A stretch of 64,000 bases of DNA from an uncultured Clostridia bacterium (GCA_944387565.1 CALXFJ010000002.1:9354-73353), one strand, 5' to 3'; numbered from the stretch's first letter, positions 51,657 to 61,045 are shown. Numbers and translations: made by a program. Notes: generated by a model from the letters alone, not told the origin.

Positions 51657-52688
51657 TTAGTGTTGCTCAGGTATTGCATTTCGTACCATGCATAGATACT
51701 TTAATGCATAATCTATATCTTGAGCAGTAATGATATAATTACCATTATTTTCTTCAATAGAAATATCTTCATCTCTGAATATATTATCTATATCAAATGA
51801 AGAATAATTGTTCCTCCATTCTATCCTTATAGAAGAAATTCTGGTGTTACTACCAATAACAATATCGCCATCAATAGTATGGAACAGAATCCAAGGAGAA
51901 TAAGAATTTGGGTCATATCCATTTGGTAACAATTCATATGTATACTCATTAGGCTCATAGACATGGTCCATAAGGCTTAGAGTGAACCTATTGATTTCAA
52001 TAAGTTCTCTATAATTACGATAACAAGAATCATGATAGAATTTTCCATCAATATAAATGCATGGAGAATCCTTAAAGTCTTTCATCATAAATTTGTTACA
52101 GCAACATTGACAAATTGTACCATCTTTGGGAATATGATACCGAGTTGAATAAAAACTTATAGAACTATTATTATTCTTAAAGTTTTCATAACTTTCAACA
52201 ATACCATGCCTAATTAGCTTATCCCTTTCTTCTTTTGTTGCTTTGATTAACCTAATTGAACCAAGTTTGTCTAGTAAGAGCCAACCAAAGACAACAAATT
52301 CATTGAGAGTTTGATTAGGATGAGATTTGATAAAAAGTGCTCTATCATTTAATAATTCATAGAAAAATGAAAGAGTTACAATTTTATCTTGAACAGCCAT
52401 GATGGAATCAAAATAGTTTTTTGGTTTATCAAAAACTCGTTCCTCATAAGAAATTTCTACAACAGGGAGAGAATTATCTTTACTTTCTCTAGATATTTTG
52501 GCTTGCTTAAGTCTAAAGATTCTTGTTTGTTCTTTAGTGAAATTAGGATGACCAAAAATATCAAAAGATAAAGGAATAATTTGTTCTCCTTGAAAAGAAA
52601 CTTTTACACTATAGGGAAGGGCTAATTTATCCAAAGTGATATGTCCTAAATTGCCAACATTTTTAATTGGCTTATTTTCAATGATCAT
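51657..52688 (-). CDS. hypothetical Cys-rich protein (343 aa)
   Basis: Cys cluster CQCCCNKF...C...HDSC and no recognisable domain. It has its own promoter and leader hairpin (described in the findings). GC is higher than the surroundings. Confidence 0.5.
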   Translation of the reverse strand: MIIENKPIKNVGNLGHITLDKLALPYSVKVSFQGEQIIPLSFDIFGHPNFTKEQTRIFRLKQAKISRESKDNSLPVVEISYEERVFDKPKNYFDSIMAVQDKIVTLSFFYELLNDRALFIKSHPNQTLNEFVVFGWLLLDKLGSIRLIKATKEERDKLIRHGIVESYENFKNNNSSISFYSTRYHIPKDGTICQCCCNKFMMKDFKDSPCIYIDGKFYHDSCYRNYRELIEINRFTLSLMDHVYEPNEYTYELLPNGYDPNSYSPWILFHTIDGDIVIGSNTRISSIRIEWRNNYSSFDIDNIFRDEDISIEENNGNYIITAQDIDYALKYLCMVRNAIPEQH

Positions 52689-53530
52689 GATAGAACCTCC
52701 AAATATTTTAGGTTTTACTGATAAAAATTTCGGAGGTTAATGCCTCCGAAATATCGGATGGCATTTAAATTACCATCATTGATATATATTATACTATTGC
52801 TTTACATAAAATTCAAGAAAAAATTGTGATATCTTGTTTAAAAAAATAAAATTAAGAAAAAATAAATAAATTATTAAGAAAAATAGTATATAATAATAAA
52901 AATTATATATTTGTAAAAAAATAAAACGACTTTTATATATTAGGAAAGTAAAACAATTTGTTTTAAAACTGTACGAAAAATAAAATTTTATCAAAAAACT
53001 TGCGAAAATTTGTTTTACATGATATAAATATGAAAGTGAATGGAGGTGAGGACTTGAAACTAACATTTACATGTGATTTAAGAATAAAAGAGACACAAGA
53101 AAAAATAATAAAATGAAATAAAATTTTCACTTTGTTATATACAATTTTTTTAATCTGTTTTTTTAATTTGATACATTTTATTAATTTCTGGATATTTTAA
53201 ATAGCTAATTTACAAATAAAGAGAGGATTATTTAAAACAAATAGTGGGAAAATAATAAATGCAGATGTAAATGGAAGTATAAATATTCTAAGAAAATATA
53301 TAAAAGAAGTCTTTAGTCCAAACCTAGAAATAGCGATGGATATTGGTCGAGAACAACGACCATTAAAGAAAAGGGTTGCCTAAGGAATTAGGTGGAAACT
53401 TAAAAACAACATCTTTACAAAAATTGCTACTAATTAGAAATTAGTAGCAAGGGTGAAAATTTTAATTTTCACATTTGTTCAAATATGGTATACTAGATAG
53501 GAAATGTAAAAAAGTAAGGGAGATATAAAT

Positions 53531-54280
53531 GTGGATAAAAATCAAAAATCAAAAATAATAAAAATAATAGTGTTTATTATAACAATTTTATTATTAATAT
53601 CTTTAACAATATATTTATTTCCAATAATGAGTAATTTGTTTAAACCAGAAGGAAGAGAAATGTTTAAACAACAAATACAACAAAATGGAACAACGGGGAT
53701 GTTTATTTTGTTAGGATTAGAGATGGCTCAAATATTATTACCAATACTTCCGGGAGAACCAATAGAAATTTTAGCAGGAATGTGTTATGGAACAATTGGA
53801 GGATTTTTATTTATTACTTTTTCAGTGTTATTAATAACAAGTATAATATTTTTTGTTGTAAGAAAATTAGGAAGAGATTTTGTTTACACAATAGTAAGTA
53901 AAGAAAAAATAGATAAATTAGAAAATAGCAAATTATTTAAAAATCCTAAAAAGATAGAATATATAATGTTAATATTATTCTTTATTCCAGGTACTCCTAA
54001 GGATTTATTAGTATATATTGCAGGATTACTTCCTGTAAATCCGGTAAGATTTATTTTAATTTCAAGTTTTGCAAGATTTCCTTCAATAATATCATCTACA
54101 ATTGCAGGAGATACATTAGTAGAAGGAAACTGGCATATTGGATTACTTTGTTATTTAGCAACATTTGCATTAGTAGGAATAATTGTTTTAGTAACTAAGA
54201 AATTAGATAAATCTAAAACTACAGAAAATATTTTAAATGAGATTCAAAATGAAAAAACTGATAGTAAAGCAGGAAAATAA
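53531..54280 (+). CDS. TVP38/TMEM64 (DedA-related) family membrane protein
   Basis: Polytopic membrane protein with a GxxxP...F.PG.P signature (ILLPILPGEPIEILAGM ... FFIPGTPKD). Confidence 0.65.
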   Translation: MDKNQKSKIIKIIVFIITILLLISLTIYLFPIMSNLFKPEGREMFKQQIQQNGTTGMFILLGLEMAQILLPILPGEPIEILAGMCYGTIGGFLFITFSVLLITSIIFFVVRKLGRDFVYTIVSKEKIDKLENSKLFKNPKKIEYIMLILFFIPGTPKDLLVYIAGLLPVNPVRFILISSFARFPSIISSTIAGDTLVEGNWHIGLLCYLATFALVGIIVLVTKKLDKSKTTENILNEIQNEKTDSKAGK

Positions 54281-54350
54281 ACATCTTGCTTTACTTTTTT
54301 TCTATAAAATGTTAAAATTTATTAGAAAATAAATATAAAGAGGAGAAAAT

Positions 54351-55709
54351 ATGCCAGTAGAAAAAAATCAAGAATATATTGTAGAAATTATAGATAATGG
54401 TTATGAAGGAGAAGGAATTGCTAAAATTGAGAATTTTACAATATTTATTCCTAATAGTATAAAAGGTGAAAAAGTAAGGATTTTAATAGTTAAAGTACTA
54501 AAATCACATGCATTTGGTAAAGTTTTAGAAATAATAAAAACATCAGAATATAGAAAAGAAAGTGATTGTGAAACTTATAAACGCTGTGGAGGTTGTGATT
54601 TAAGACATATTAAATATGAAGAGACACTGAGAATGAAACAAAATGCAGTTCAAAGTTTGGTAAATAAAACTTTAGAAAACAAGGTGAAAGTAGAAGAGAC
54701 TTTAGGAATGGAAAATCCTTATAATTATAGAAATAAAGCTCAGTATCCTGTAGGATTAGATAAAGAAGGAAAACCGATTATAGGAGTATTTGCAAATAGA
54801 ACACATGAAATTATACCAATCAAAGAATGTTTGATACAAAATAAAAAAAGTGAAAATTTAGCTAAATTTGTGCTAGAGTTTATAAAGAAAAATAACATTA
54901 GTGTTTATAATGAAAAAACTACAAAAGGTTTGGTAAGACATATTGTTACTAAAATTGGAATTAAGACAAATGAAATTATGTGTATAATTGTAATTAATGG
55001 TAGAAATATTCCTAAAGAAAAAGAATTAGTAAGTGAAATATTAAAAGCATTTCCAGAAGTTAAAACAATTGTTAAAAATATAAATACTAAAAACACAAAT
55101 GTGATTATGGGAAAAGAAAATATAAATTTATATGGAGATGGATATATAAAGGATAAATTAGGAGATTTTGTATTTAAGATATCACCACTTTCTTTTTACC
55201 AAGTAAATCCTATTCAAGCAGAAAAACTTTATAATATAGCAGTTAAAGGAGCGGAAATTAGCAAAGATGATGTTGTGTTTGATTTATATTGTGGAATTGG
55301 AACAATATCACTATTTATGGCAAAATATGCTAAAAAGGTTTATGGTATTGAGATTGTAGAAGATGCTATAAAAGATGCAAAAGAAAATAGTAAATTAAAT
55401 AATATAAAAAATTCTGAGTTTATTGCAGGAGATGTAGAAATTGTTTTAGATGACTTAATAAATAAGAAGAAAATAATTCCAGATATTATTATGGTAGACC
55501 CTCCAAGAAAGGGACTAGATAATAAAAGTATAAATAATATATTAAAAATTAGTCCTAAAAAAGTGGTTTATGTTAGTTGTAATCCAGCAACACTTGTAAG
55601 AGATTTGAAGAGTTTGGAAGAAAAATATGAAATAAAAACAATAAAACCAGTTGATATGTTTCCATTTAGCAAACATATTGAGTGTGTTTCAGTGCTATGT
55701 TTGAAGTAA
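54351..55709 (+). CDS. rlmD: 23S rRNA (uracil-C5)-methyltransferase RlmD/RumA family
   Basis: TRAM domain, a 4Fe-4S Cys cluster (C...CGGCDLRH) and a C-terminal SAM methyltransferase domain (DPPRKG). Confidence 0.85.
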   Translation: MPVEKNQEYIVEIIDNGYEGEGIAKIENFTIFIPNSIKGEKVRILIVKVLKSHAFGKVLEIIKTSEYRKESDCETYKRCGGCDLRHIKYEETLRMKQNAVQSLVNKTLENKVKVEETLGMENPYNYRNKAQYPVGLDKEGKPIIGVFANRTHEIIPIKECLIQNKKSENLAKFVLEFIKKNNISVYNEKTTKGLVRHIVTKIGIKTNEIMCIIVINGRNIPKEKELVSEILKAFPEVKTIVKNINTKNTNVIMGKENINLYGDGYIKDKLGDFVFKISPLSFYQVNPIQAEKLYNIAVKGAEISKDDVVFDLYCGIGTISLFMAKYAKKVYGIEIVEDAIKDAKENSKLNNIKNSEFIAGDVEIVLDDLINKKKIIPDIIMVDPPRKGLDNKSINNILKISPKKVVYVSCNPATLVRDLKSLEEKYEIKTIKPVDMFPFSKHIECVSVLCLK

Positions 55710-55946
55710 AACTCAAAATTATTGAGATTTGAAAAAATCAAAAAAATATGTAAAAGCAGAGTCAGCAAGGAAAGAAAAACATTCATATCTACCGTATCTA
55801 TACGAGGCATGTTAAGCATATATAGTGAATATATAAAAAATACTTAAATTTAGAAGTTAAAAATAAAATTATAAGAAAGAAGAAGCACTCTAAGTAAAGT
55901 ACTTTGATAAGTGCTTTGTTTTTTGGGGAAAATTCATGACAAACAC

Positions 55947-55996
55947 TTGTCGGAAATCTTCGTAAATGATATAATATTTACGAAGATTTCCGACAA
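55947..55996 (+). promoter_or_regulatory. perfect 21-bp inverted-repeat operator flanking the -10 box of the abiEi promoter
   Basis: ttgtcggaaatcttcgtaaat - gatataat - atttacgaagatttccgacaa. The arms are exact reverse complements. The spacer contains TATAAT. Confidence 0.7.
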
Positions 55997-56012
55997 AGGA
56001 GAAAAAATAGAG

Positions 56013-56606
56013 ATGGATAATATTAAAAAAATTGAAAAATTATTAAATAAGAAAAATGGAATTATAACAACAAGAGAAGTTGAAGAATTAGGAATTAACA
56101 GTAGAATTCTAACAAGGATGATTGAAAGAGGGATAATTGAAAGAGTTGCAAGAGGTGTTTATATAAGTGTAGATACACTAGAAGATACATATTTTATAAC
56201 ACAAGCTATATGTAAAAAAGGTATATTCTCTCATGAAACAGCTTTATATTTTCATGATTTATGCGATAGAACACCTATAAAATATCAATTAACAGTACCA
56301 ACTAATTATAATAACATATTAATAAAAAATAAAAACTATCAATTTTTTTATTTGAAAGAAGAACTATATGAAATAGGTATTACAGAAATAAAAACGCCTT
56401 ATGGAAATAAAGTAAAAGTCTATGATTTAGAAAGAACAATATGTGATATTATAAGAAATAAAAAGAAAATTGAAATAGCTTTATTTACAGACGCAATGAA
56501 AAGATATGCTGATAGAAAAGATAGAGATTCTATTAAATTGCATAAATATGCAAAAATATTTAATATTGAAGATGAACTAAGAAAATATCTGGAGGTTTTG
56601 CTATGA
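56013..56606 (+). CDS. abiEi: AbiEi-family type IV toxin-antitoxin antitoxin/transcriptional regulator
   Basis: N-terminal winged HTH (GIITTREVEELGINSRILTRMIERGIIERVARGVYI). Its stop overlaps the abiEii start (ATGA). The start is placed at the ATG at 56013 behind an aaggag RBS. Confidence 0.75.
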   Translation: MDNIKKIEKLLNKKNGIITTREVEELGINSRILTRMIERGIIERVARGVYISVDTLEDTYFITQAICKKGIFSHETALYFHDLCDRTPIKYQLTVPTNYNNILIKNKNYQFFYLKEELYEIGITEIKTPYGNKVKVYDLERTICDIIRNKKKIEIALFTDAMKRYADRKDRDSIKLHKYAKIFNIEDELRKYLEVLL

Positions 56607-57472
56607 TAGCTAAAAATAGAGCACAACTAAAAGCATGGATAAAAAATATGTCAGCAAAAGTTGATGTGAATGAAAATATAATTCTACAAAATTATATGCT
56701 AGAGAGGCTATTGGAAAGAAGTGCTGTATCAGAATATAAATATAAATTTATATTAAAAGGTGGAATGCTAATAACAGCTATAGTTGGAATAGATATGAGA
56801 AATACACTAGATATGGATGCAACAATAAAAGGTTTTGACTTAGAAAAAGACAACTTAGAAAATATATTAAATGAAATTTTTAATATTGATTTAGATGATG
56901 GTGTAACTTTTGAATTTAGAGGAATAAAAGAAATAAGACAAGAAGATGAATATGGTGGATACAGAGTATCATTAGATGCCAAGTTTGATAAGTTAGTTGT
57001 ACCTATGAAACTAGATATAACAACAGGAGATGTTATTACTCCAAAAGAAATAAAATACAAATTTGATTTGTTGTTTGAAGAGCGTTCTATAGAGATACTT
57101 GATTATAATATGGAAACTGTAATTGCAGATAAATTTGAAACAATTATATCTAGAAATGTTGATACTACAAGAGCAAGAGATTTTTATGATATTTATATTT
57201 TATGGACAACACAACAGAAGAATTTTGATAAGAAATCGTTAAAACAAGCTATTATAAAGAAATTTGAGTATAGAGGCTCTGTTGATAAATTAAATAATAT
57301 AGATGAAATAGTGGAAGTTATAAAAGAAAGTGAAGCTTTAAAAGAACATTGGAAAAACTATCAAGGCAAGTTTAGTTATGCAAAAGATATTAGTTATGAA
57401 GATACAGTGAAAGAGCTAATGGAAATAGTCGATGTTATAAAAAGCAATAGTAATTATAATAAAATATATTAA
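56603..57472 (+). CDS. abiEii: AbiEii/AbiGii-family nucleotidyltransferase toxin
   Basis: Nucleotidyltransferase motif KGGMLITAIVGIDMRNTLDMDAT (G[SG]-x9-13-DxD). 289 aa, translationally coupled to abiEi. Confidence 0.75.
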   Translation: MIAKNRAQLKAWIKNMSAKVDVNENIILQNYMLERLLERSAVSEYKYKFILKGGMLITAIVGIDMRNTLDMDATIKGFDLEKDNLENILNEIFNIDLDDGVTFEFRGIKEIRQEDEYGGYRVSLDAKFDKLVVPMKLDITTGDVITPKEIKYKFDLLFEERSIEILDYNMETVIADKFETIISRNVDTTRARDFYDIYILWTTQQKNFDKKSLKQAIIKKFEYRGSVDKLNNIDEIVEVIKESEALKEHWKNYQGKFSYAKDISYEDTVKELMEIVDVIKSNSNYNKIY

Positions 57473-57587
57473 AATTATAGCTATTGTGTATAAATTTTGA
57501 CAATACTTTAACAGTAATGGTACTATGTAAAAAGTTGTATGAAATTAGCTTAAAATAAGATTAAAACTTAAGGAGCAAAAGAAAAAA

Positions 57588-58166
57588 ATGGATATTTATG
57601 AAGAAATATATAATAAAAATAAAAAATTAATAGATAAGGCAATAGAAAAAATAAAAGGATGTGAGAATGACCCATTACATTTTATAGGACATACAATAGA
57701 TGTTATAAATTATGTAAAAGAATTATTAGAAAAATTTTCAGTAAATAAAGAAATATGCATAATATCAGCATATTGGCATGACGTAGGAAGAAGCGTGTGT
57801 GATGAAGGACATGAAGAAAAAAGTGGAAAAATGTTAAAAGAAGAAATGACAAAATTAGGATATAGTAGTGAATTTATAGATGAATGTTATTCAGCAGTTA
57901 CAAATCATAAAAGAAAATATATACCACCAACAATAGAAGGGGTAATTGTAAGAGATGCAGATAAACTTGCATATATTGGAAAAAATAGATGGAAAAGATG
58001 TATTGGAGAAAATCCAGATGCACTTGATGAAATTATAGAAGTTTATTTACCAATATTAAGAAATAAAATATTAAGATTAAATTATTCAAAAGAATTATTT
58101 GATAGAGATATGAATGCTTATGTAAAAGATTATCTAAAAATATGGAAAAAGAGGAGGTCAAAATGA
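57588..58166 (+). CDS. HD-domain phosphohydrolase
   Basis: H...HD...D motifs (GHTIDV, YWHDVGR, RDADKLAY). Preceded by its own extended -10 promoter (TGGTACTAT). Confidence 0.7.
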   Translation: MDIYEEIYNKNKKLIDKAIEKIKGCENDPLHFIGHTIDVINYVKELLEKFSVNKEICIISAYWHDVGRSVCDEGHEEKSGKMLKEEMTKLGYSSEFIDECYSAVTNHKRKYIPPTIEGVIVRDADKLAYIGKNRWKRCIGENPDALDEIIEVYLPILRNKILRLNYSKELFDRDMNAYVKDYLKIWKKRRSK

Positions 58167-58573
58167 GAGTATTTATAATATGTAGTAAAGCATTTTATAA
58201 GGATATAGAACCAATAAAGGAAAAATTAGAAAATATGGGGCATAAAGTAGAATTACCAAATTCATACTATGAAAAAGATGCAGAGAAAAAGAGTTGGGAA
58301 CTAGGAGAACAAGAACACACAAACTTCAAACAAAAAATGTTTAGAATGAGTAGAGAAAGAATAAAAGAAGTAGACGCAGTATTAGCATTAAATTTTGATA
58401 AAAATGAAAAGAAAAATTATATAGGAGGTTCAACATTCCTAGAATTATATGAAGCTTTCATGGAAAATAAGAAAATATATCTATATAATGAAATTCCAGA
58501 AGGAATATTATACGACGAAATATCAGGATTTTCACCAATAATAATAAATGGAAACTTAGATTTAGTAAAATAG
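58163..58573 (+). CDS. nucleoside 2-deoxyribosyltransferase/DNPH1(Rcl)-like protein
   Basis: Flavodoxin-like pattern: an N-terminal beta-strand (RVFIICS) and DAVLAL...IGGSTFLELYEAF, which matches the NDT/DNPH1 nucleophile-Glu block D..GT..E.GYA. A gaggagg RBS precedes the start. Confidence 0.45.
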   Translation: MRVFIICSKAFYKDIEPIKEKLENMGHKVELPNSYYEKDAEKKSWELGEQEHTNFKQKMFRMSRERIKEVDAVLALNFDKNEKKNYIGGSTFLELYEAFMENKKIYLYNEIPEGILYDEISGFSPIIINGNLDLVK

Positions 58574-58583
58574 GTAAAATGAT

Positions 58584-58994
58584 ATGAAAAAAATGAATAT
58601 AATAATGGTATTTAATAAAGAAGAAAATAAAATTCTTATGTGTAAAAGAGAAAAAGAACCATATAAGGGAAAATATAATTTAATTGGTGGAAAAGTAGAA
58701 TTGGGAGAAGATGAAGTATGTGCAGCATATAGAGAACTAAAAGAAGAAACTGGAATAACGAAGGATGATATTAAACTAACTTATTTTATGAATTTTGAAT
58801 ATAAAATAGATGATTTTGAGTTAGAGGTGTTCGTTGGAAAATTAAATAAAGATATAGAATTGGTAGAAGAAATAAATAAACTATATTGGTTTGATAAAAA
58901 TGCAAATTTCTTTAACATAGAAAAATTTGCAGGAGAAGGAAATATTGGACATATATTGTATAAAGTAGAACAGTGTAAAAATAAAATATTTTAA
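58584..58994 (+). CDS. NUDIX hydrolase
   Basis: Nudix box GGKVELGEDEVCAAYRELKEETGI. Confidence 0.8.
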   Translation: MKKMNIIMVFNKEENKILMCKREKEPYKGKYNLIGGKVELGEDEVCAAYRELKEETGITKDDIKLTYFMNFEYKIDDFELEVFVGKLNKDIELVEEINKLYWFDKNANFFNIEKFAGEGNIGHILYKVEQCKNKIF

Positions 58995-59209
58995 AAATTA
59001 AGGAAAACAAGTAAAAGCTTGTTTTTTCTTTCTTTTGGCTTGAGAAAAAATGTAAAGTATGATATATTAAAATAAGTTTTAGAAAAAATAATCTTTATGC
59101 TAAATTCTACAAATTTAGCATAAAAAATGAGTATAATAATATTAGGATGTGTCCCTAAATGGACATTTTGTCCAAAAAGAAACGTCCCCAAATGGACATG
59201 GAGGAAGAT

Positions 59210-60112
59210 ATGGAAGAGTTTAAATCAGGTTTTGTAACATTAATTGGAAGAACAAATGTAGGAAAATCAACATTAATTAATTTGCTAGTTGGTGAAAAGG
59301 TTGCAGCAATAGCAAATAAAGTTCAAACAACTAGAACAGCAATCAAAGGAATTGTAAATCGTAAAAATTCACAAATAATTTTTACAGATACACCAGGAAT
59401 TCATAAACCTAGGACCAAACTAAATGAAACAATGCTAGATACTTCTTTTACTAGTCTTAAAGATGCAGATTTAGTTTTATTTTTAATAGAAGCAACAAGC
59501 ACTGAGATAGGAAGAGGAGATAGTAGGATATTAGAAAAAATAAAAGAAGCAAAAGCAAAAACTATATTAATTATAAATAAGATAGATTTAGTAAAAAAAG
59601 AGAGTTTATTAAAATTGATTGATTTATATAGTAAAGAATATGATTTTGAAGCGGTAATACCGATATCAGCAACAGAGGCAAAATATAGAGATATTATTTT
59701 AAATGAAATAGAAAAGAACTTAAAACCAGGTCCTGCATATTATGATAAAGAGGAGTATACAGACCAAACTTTAAGACAACTTGCTGAAGAAACAATTAGA
59801 GAAAAAGCTTTAAAATTGTTACAAGATGAAGTGCCACATGGTATTTATGTAGAAGTTCAAAAAATGAAGGAAAGAAAAAATAAAAATGGTGAAGATATTT
59901 ATGATATTGAAGCAAATATATATTGCTTAAGAGAATCTCATAAAGGAATAATTATTGGAAAAAATGGAGAAATGTTAAAAAGAATTGGAAGAGCAGCTAG
60001 AATTGATATGGAAGAAAATTTTGGAGTAAGAATAAATTTGAAAACTTGGGTAAAAGTAAAAGAAGATTGGCAAGATAATCTAACAATTGTTAATAATTTT
60101 AAATTAAAATAA
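59210..60112 (+). CDS. era: GTPase Era
   Basis: MEEFKSGFVTLIGRTNVGKSTL is the canonical Era N-terminus. GTPase motifs G1-G4 and a C-terminal KH domain are present. A ggagg RBS precedes the ATG at 59210. Confidence 0.9.
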   Translation: MEEFKSGFVTLIGRTNVGKSTLINLLVGEKVAAIANKVQTTRTAIKGIVNRKNSQIIFTDTPGIHKPRTKLNETMLDTSFTSLKDADLVLFLIEATSTEIGRGDSRILEKIKEAKAKTILIINKIDLVKKESLLKLIDLYSKEYDFEAVIPISATEAKYRDIILNEIEKNLKPGPAYYDKEEYTDQTLRQLAEETIREKALKLLQDEVPHGIYVEVQKMKERKNKNGEDIYDIEANIYCLRESHKGIIIGKNGEMLKRIGRAARIDMEENFGVRINLKTWVKVKEDWQDNLTIVNNFKLK

Positions 60113-60195
60113 AAAGAAGCATTTTTGTATAAAAATATATAAAAAAGCAAAAGATAAAATTAAAGTTAAAACTTTAAAAAAGGAAGTGAGAGCTT

Positions 60196-60354
60196 ATGAT
60201 AAAGAAAATAGCTTGGGATACATTTAAAAATACTGGAGATATAAATGCATATTTAGAATTAAAAGAAATTGAAAACATAGAAAAAAGAATAGTAGAAGAA
60301 AAGGATATAAAAGATAATGGCGAGCATAAAAGTAAATGGAATAATATTGTCTGA
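60196..60354 (+). CDS. yqzL: YqzL-family small protein (52 aa) between era and recO, missed by the ORF track
   Basis: aaggaag RBS then ATG, giving MIKKIAWDTFKNTGDINAYLELKEIENIEKRIVEEKDIKDNGEHKSKWNNIV. The W-x-x-F-x-x-TG-x-x-x-AYL pattern is typical of YqzL, and the era-yqzL-recO gene order is conserved. Confidence 0.6.
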   Translation: MIKKIAWDTFKNTGDINAYLELKEIENIEKRIVEEKDIKDNGEHKSKWNNIV

Positions 60355-61045
60355 ACACAACCTTGGAGATTTTGACAAAATGCTTACGATGTTAACTCCA
60401 GGAATTGGAAAGATTTCTTGCGTTGCTAAAGGAGCAAGAAGACCTAAAAGTGCTCTTTTAGCAGGAACGCAAATGTTTTGTTTTGGAGAATATTTAATGT
60501 ATAAAGGAACTAATACTTATCATATAAATTCTGTAGAGCCTATTGAAATATTTTATAATTTAAGGACAGATTTAGATAAATTGAAATATGCAGTACATAT
60601 AAATAAAATAGTTCAAGATGTGACACATGAAAATCAGAATTGTTATAATATTTTACAATTAACATTAAATACACTTTATACAATATCAGAGAATGATAAA
60701 GATTTGGATTTTGTATTAAGTGTATTTAAATTGAGACTTCTTTGTATATTGGGTTTTACTCCAAATATTAAAAAATGTGTTAACTGTGGAGAGGAAAATG
60801 AATTAGAGTATTTTAGCATAAAAGATGATGGCTTTAAATGTAAAGTATGTGGAAAGCAGGATAAATCAGCATTAAGTATGGGAAAAAGTACTAAAAATGC
60901 AATTTGTTATACAATAACTTCGCCAGCTAAAAAATTATATTCATTTAATATAAAAGATGATGCATTGGAAGAATTTAAGCTAATAACAAAAATATATTTT
61001 AATCAAAAATTAGAAAAGGAATACAAGATAGAAGAATTATTTTAA
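60317..61045 (+). CDS. recO: DNA repair protein RecO
   Basis: OB fold plus C-terminal zinc finger CVNCG...CKVCG, 242 aa. Confidence 0.85.
   Translation: MASIKVNGIILSEHNLGDFDKMLTMLTPGIGKISCVAKGARRPKSALLAGTQMFCFGEYLMYKGTNTYHINSVEPIEIFYNLRTDLDKLKYAVHINKIVQDVTHENQNCYNILQLTLNTLYTISENDKDLDFVLSVFKLRLLCILGFTPNIKKCVNCGEENELEYFSIKDDGFKCKVCGKQDKSALSMGKSTKNAICYTITSPAKKLYSFNIKDDALEEFKLITKIYFNQKLEKEYKIEELF

Noticed and set aside
55568-55819. An 83-aa minus-strand ORF spanning the rlmD stop and its terminator.
   Set aside because: It overlaps the 3' end of rlmD and an obvious hairpin terminator and has no RBS, so it is probably spurious.
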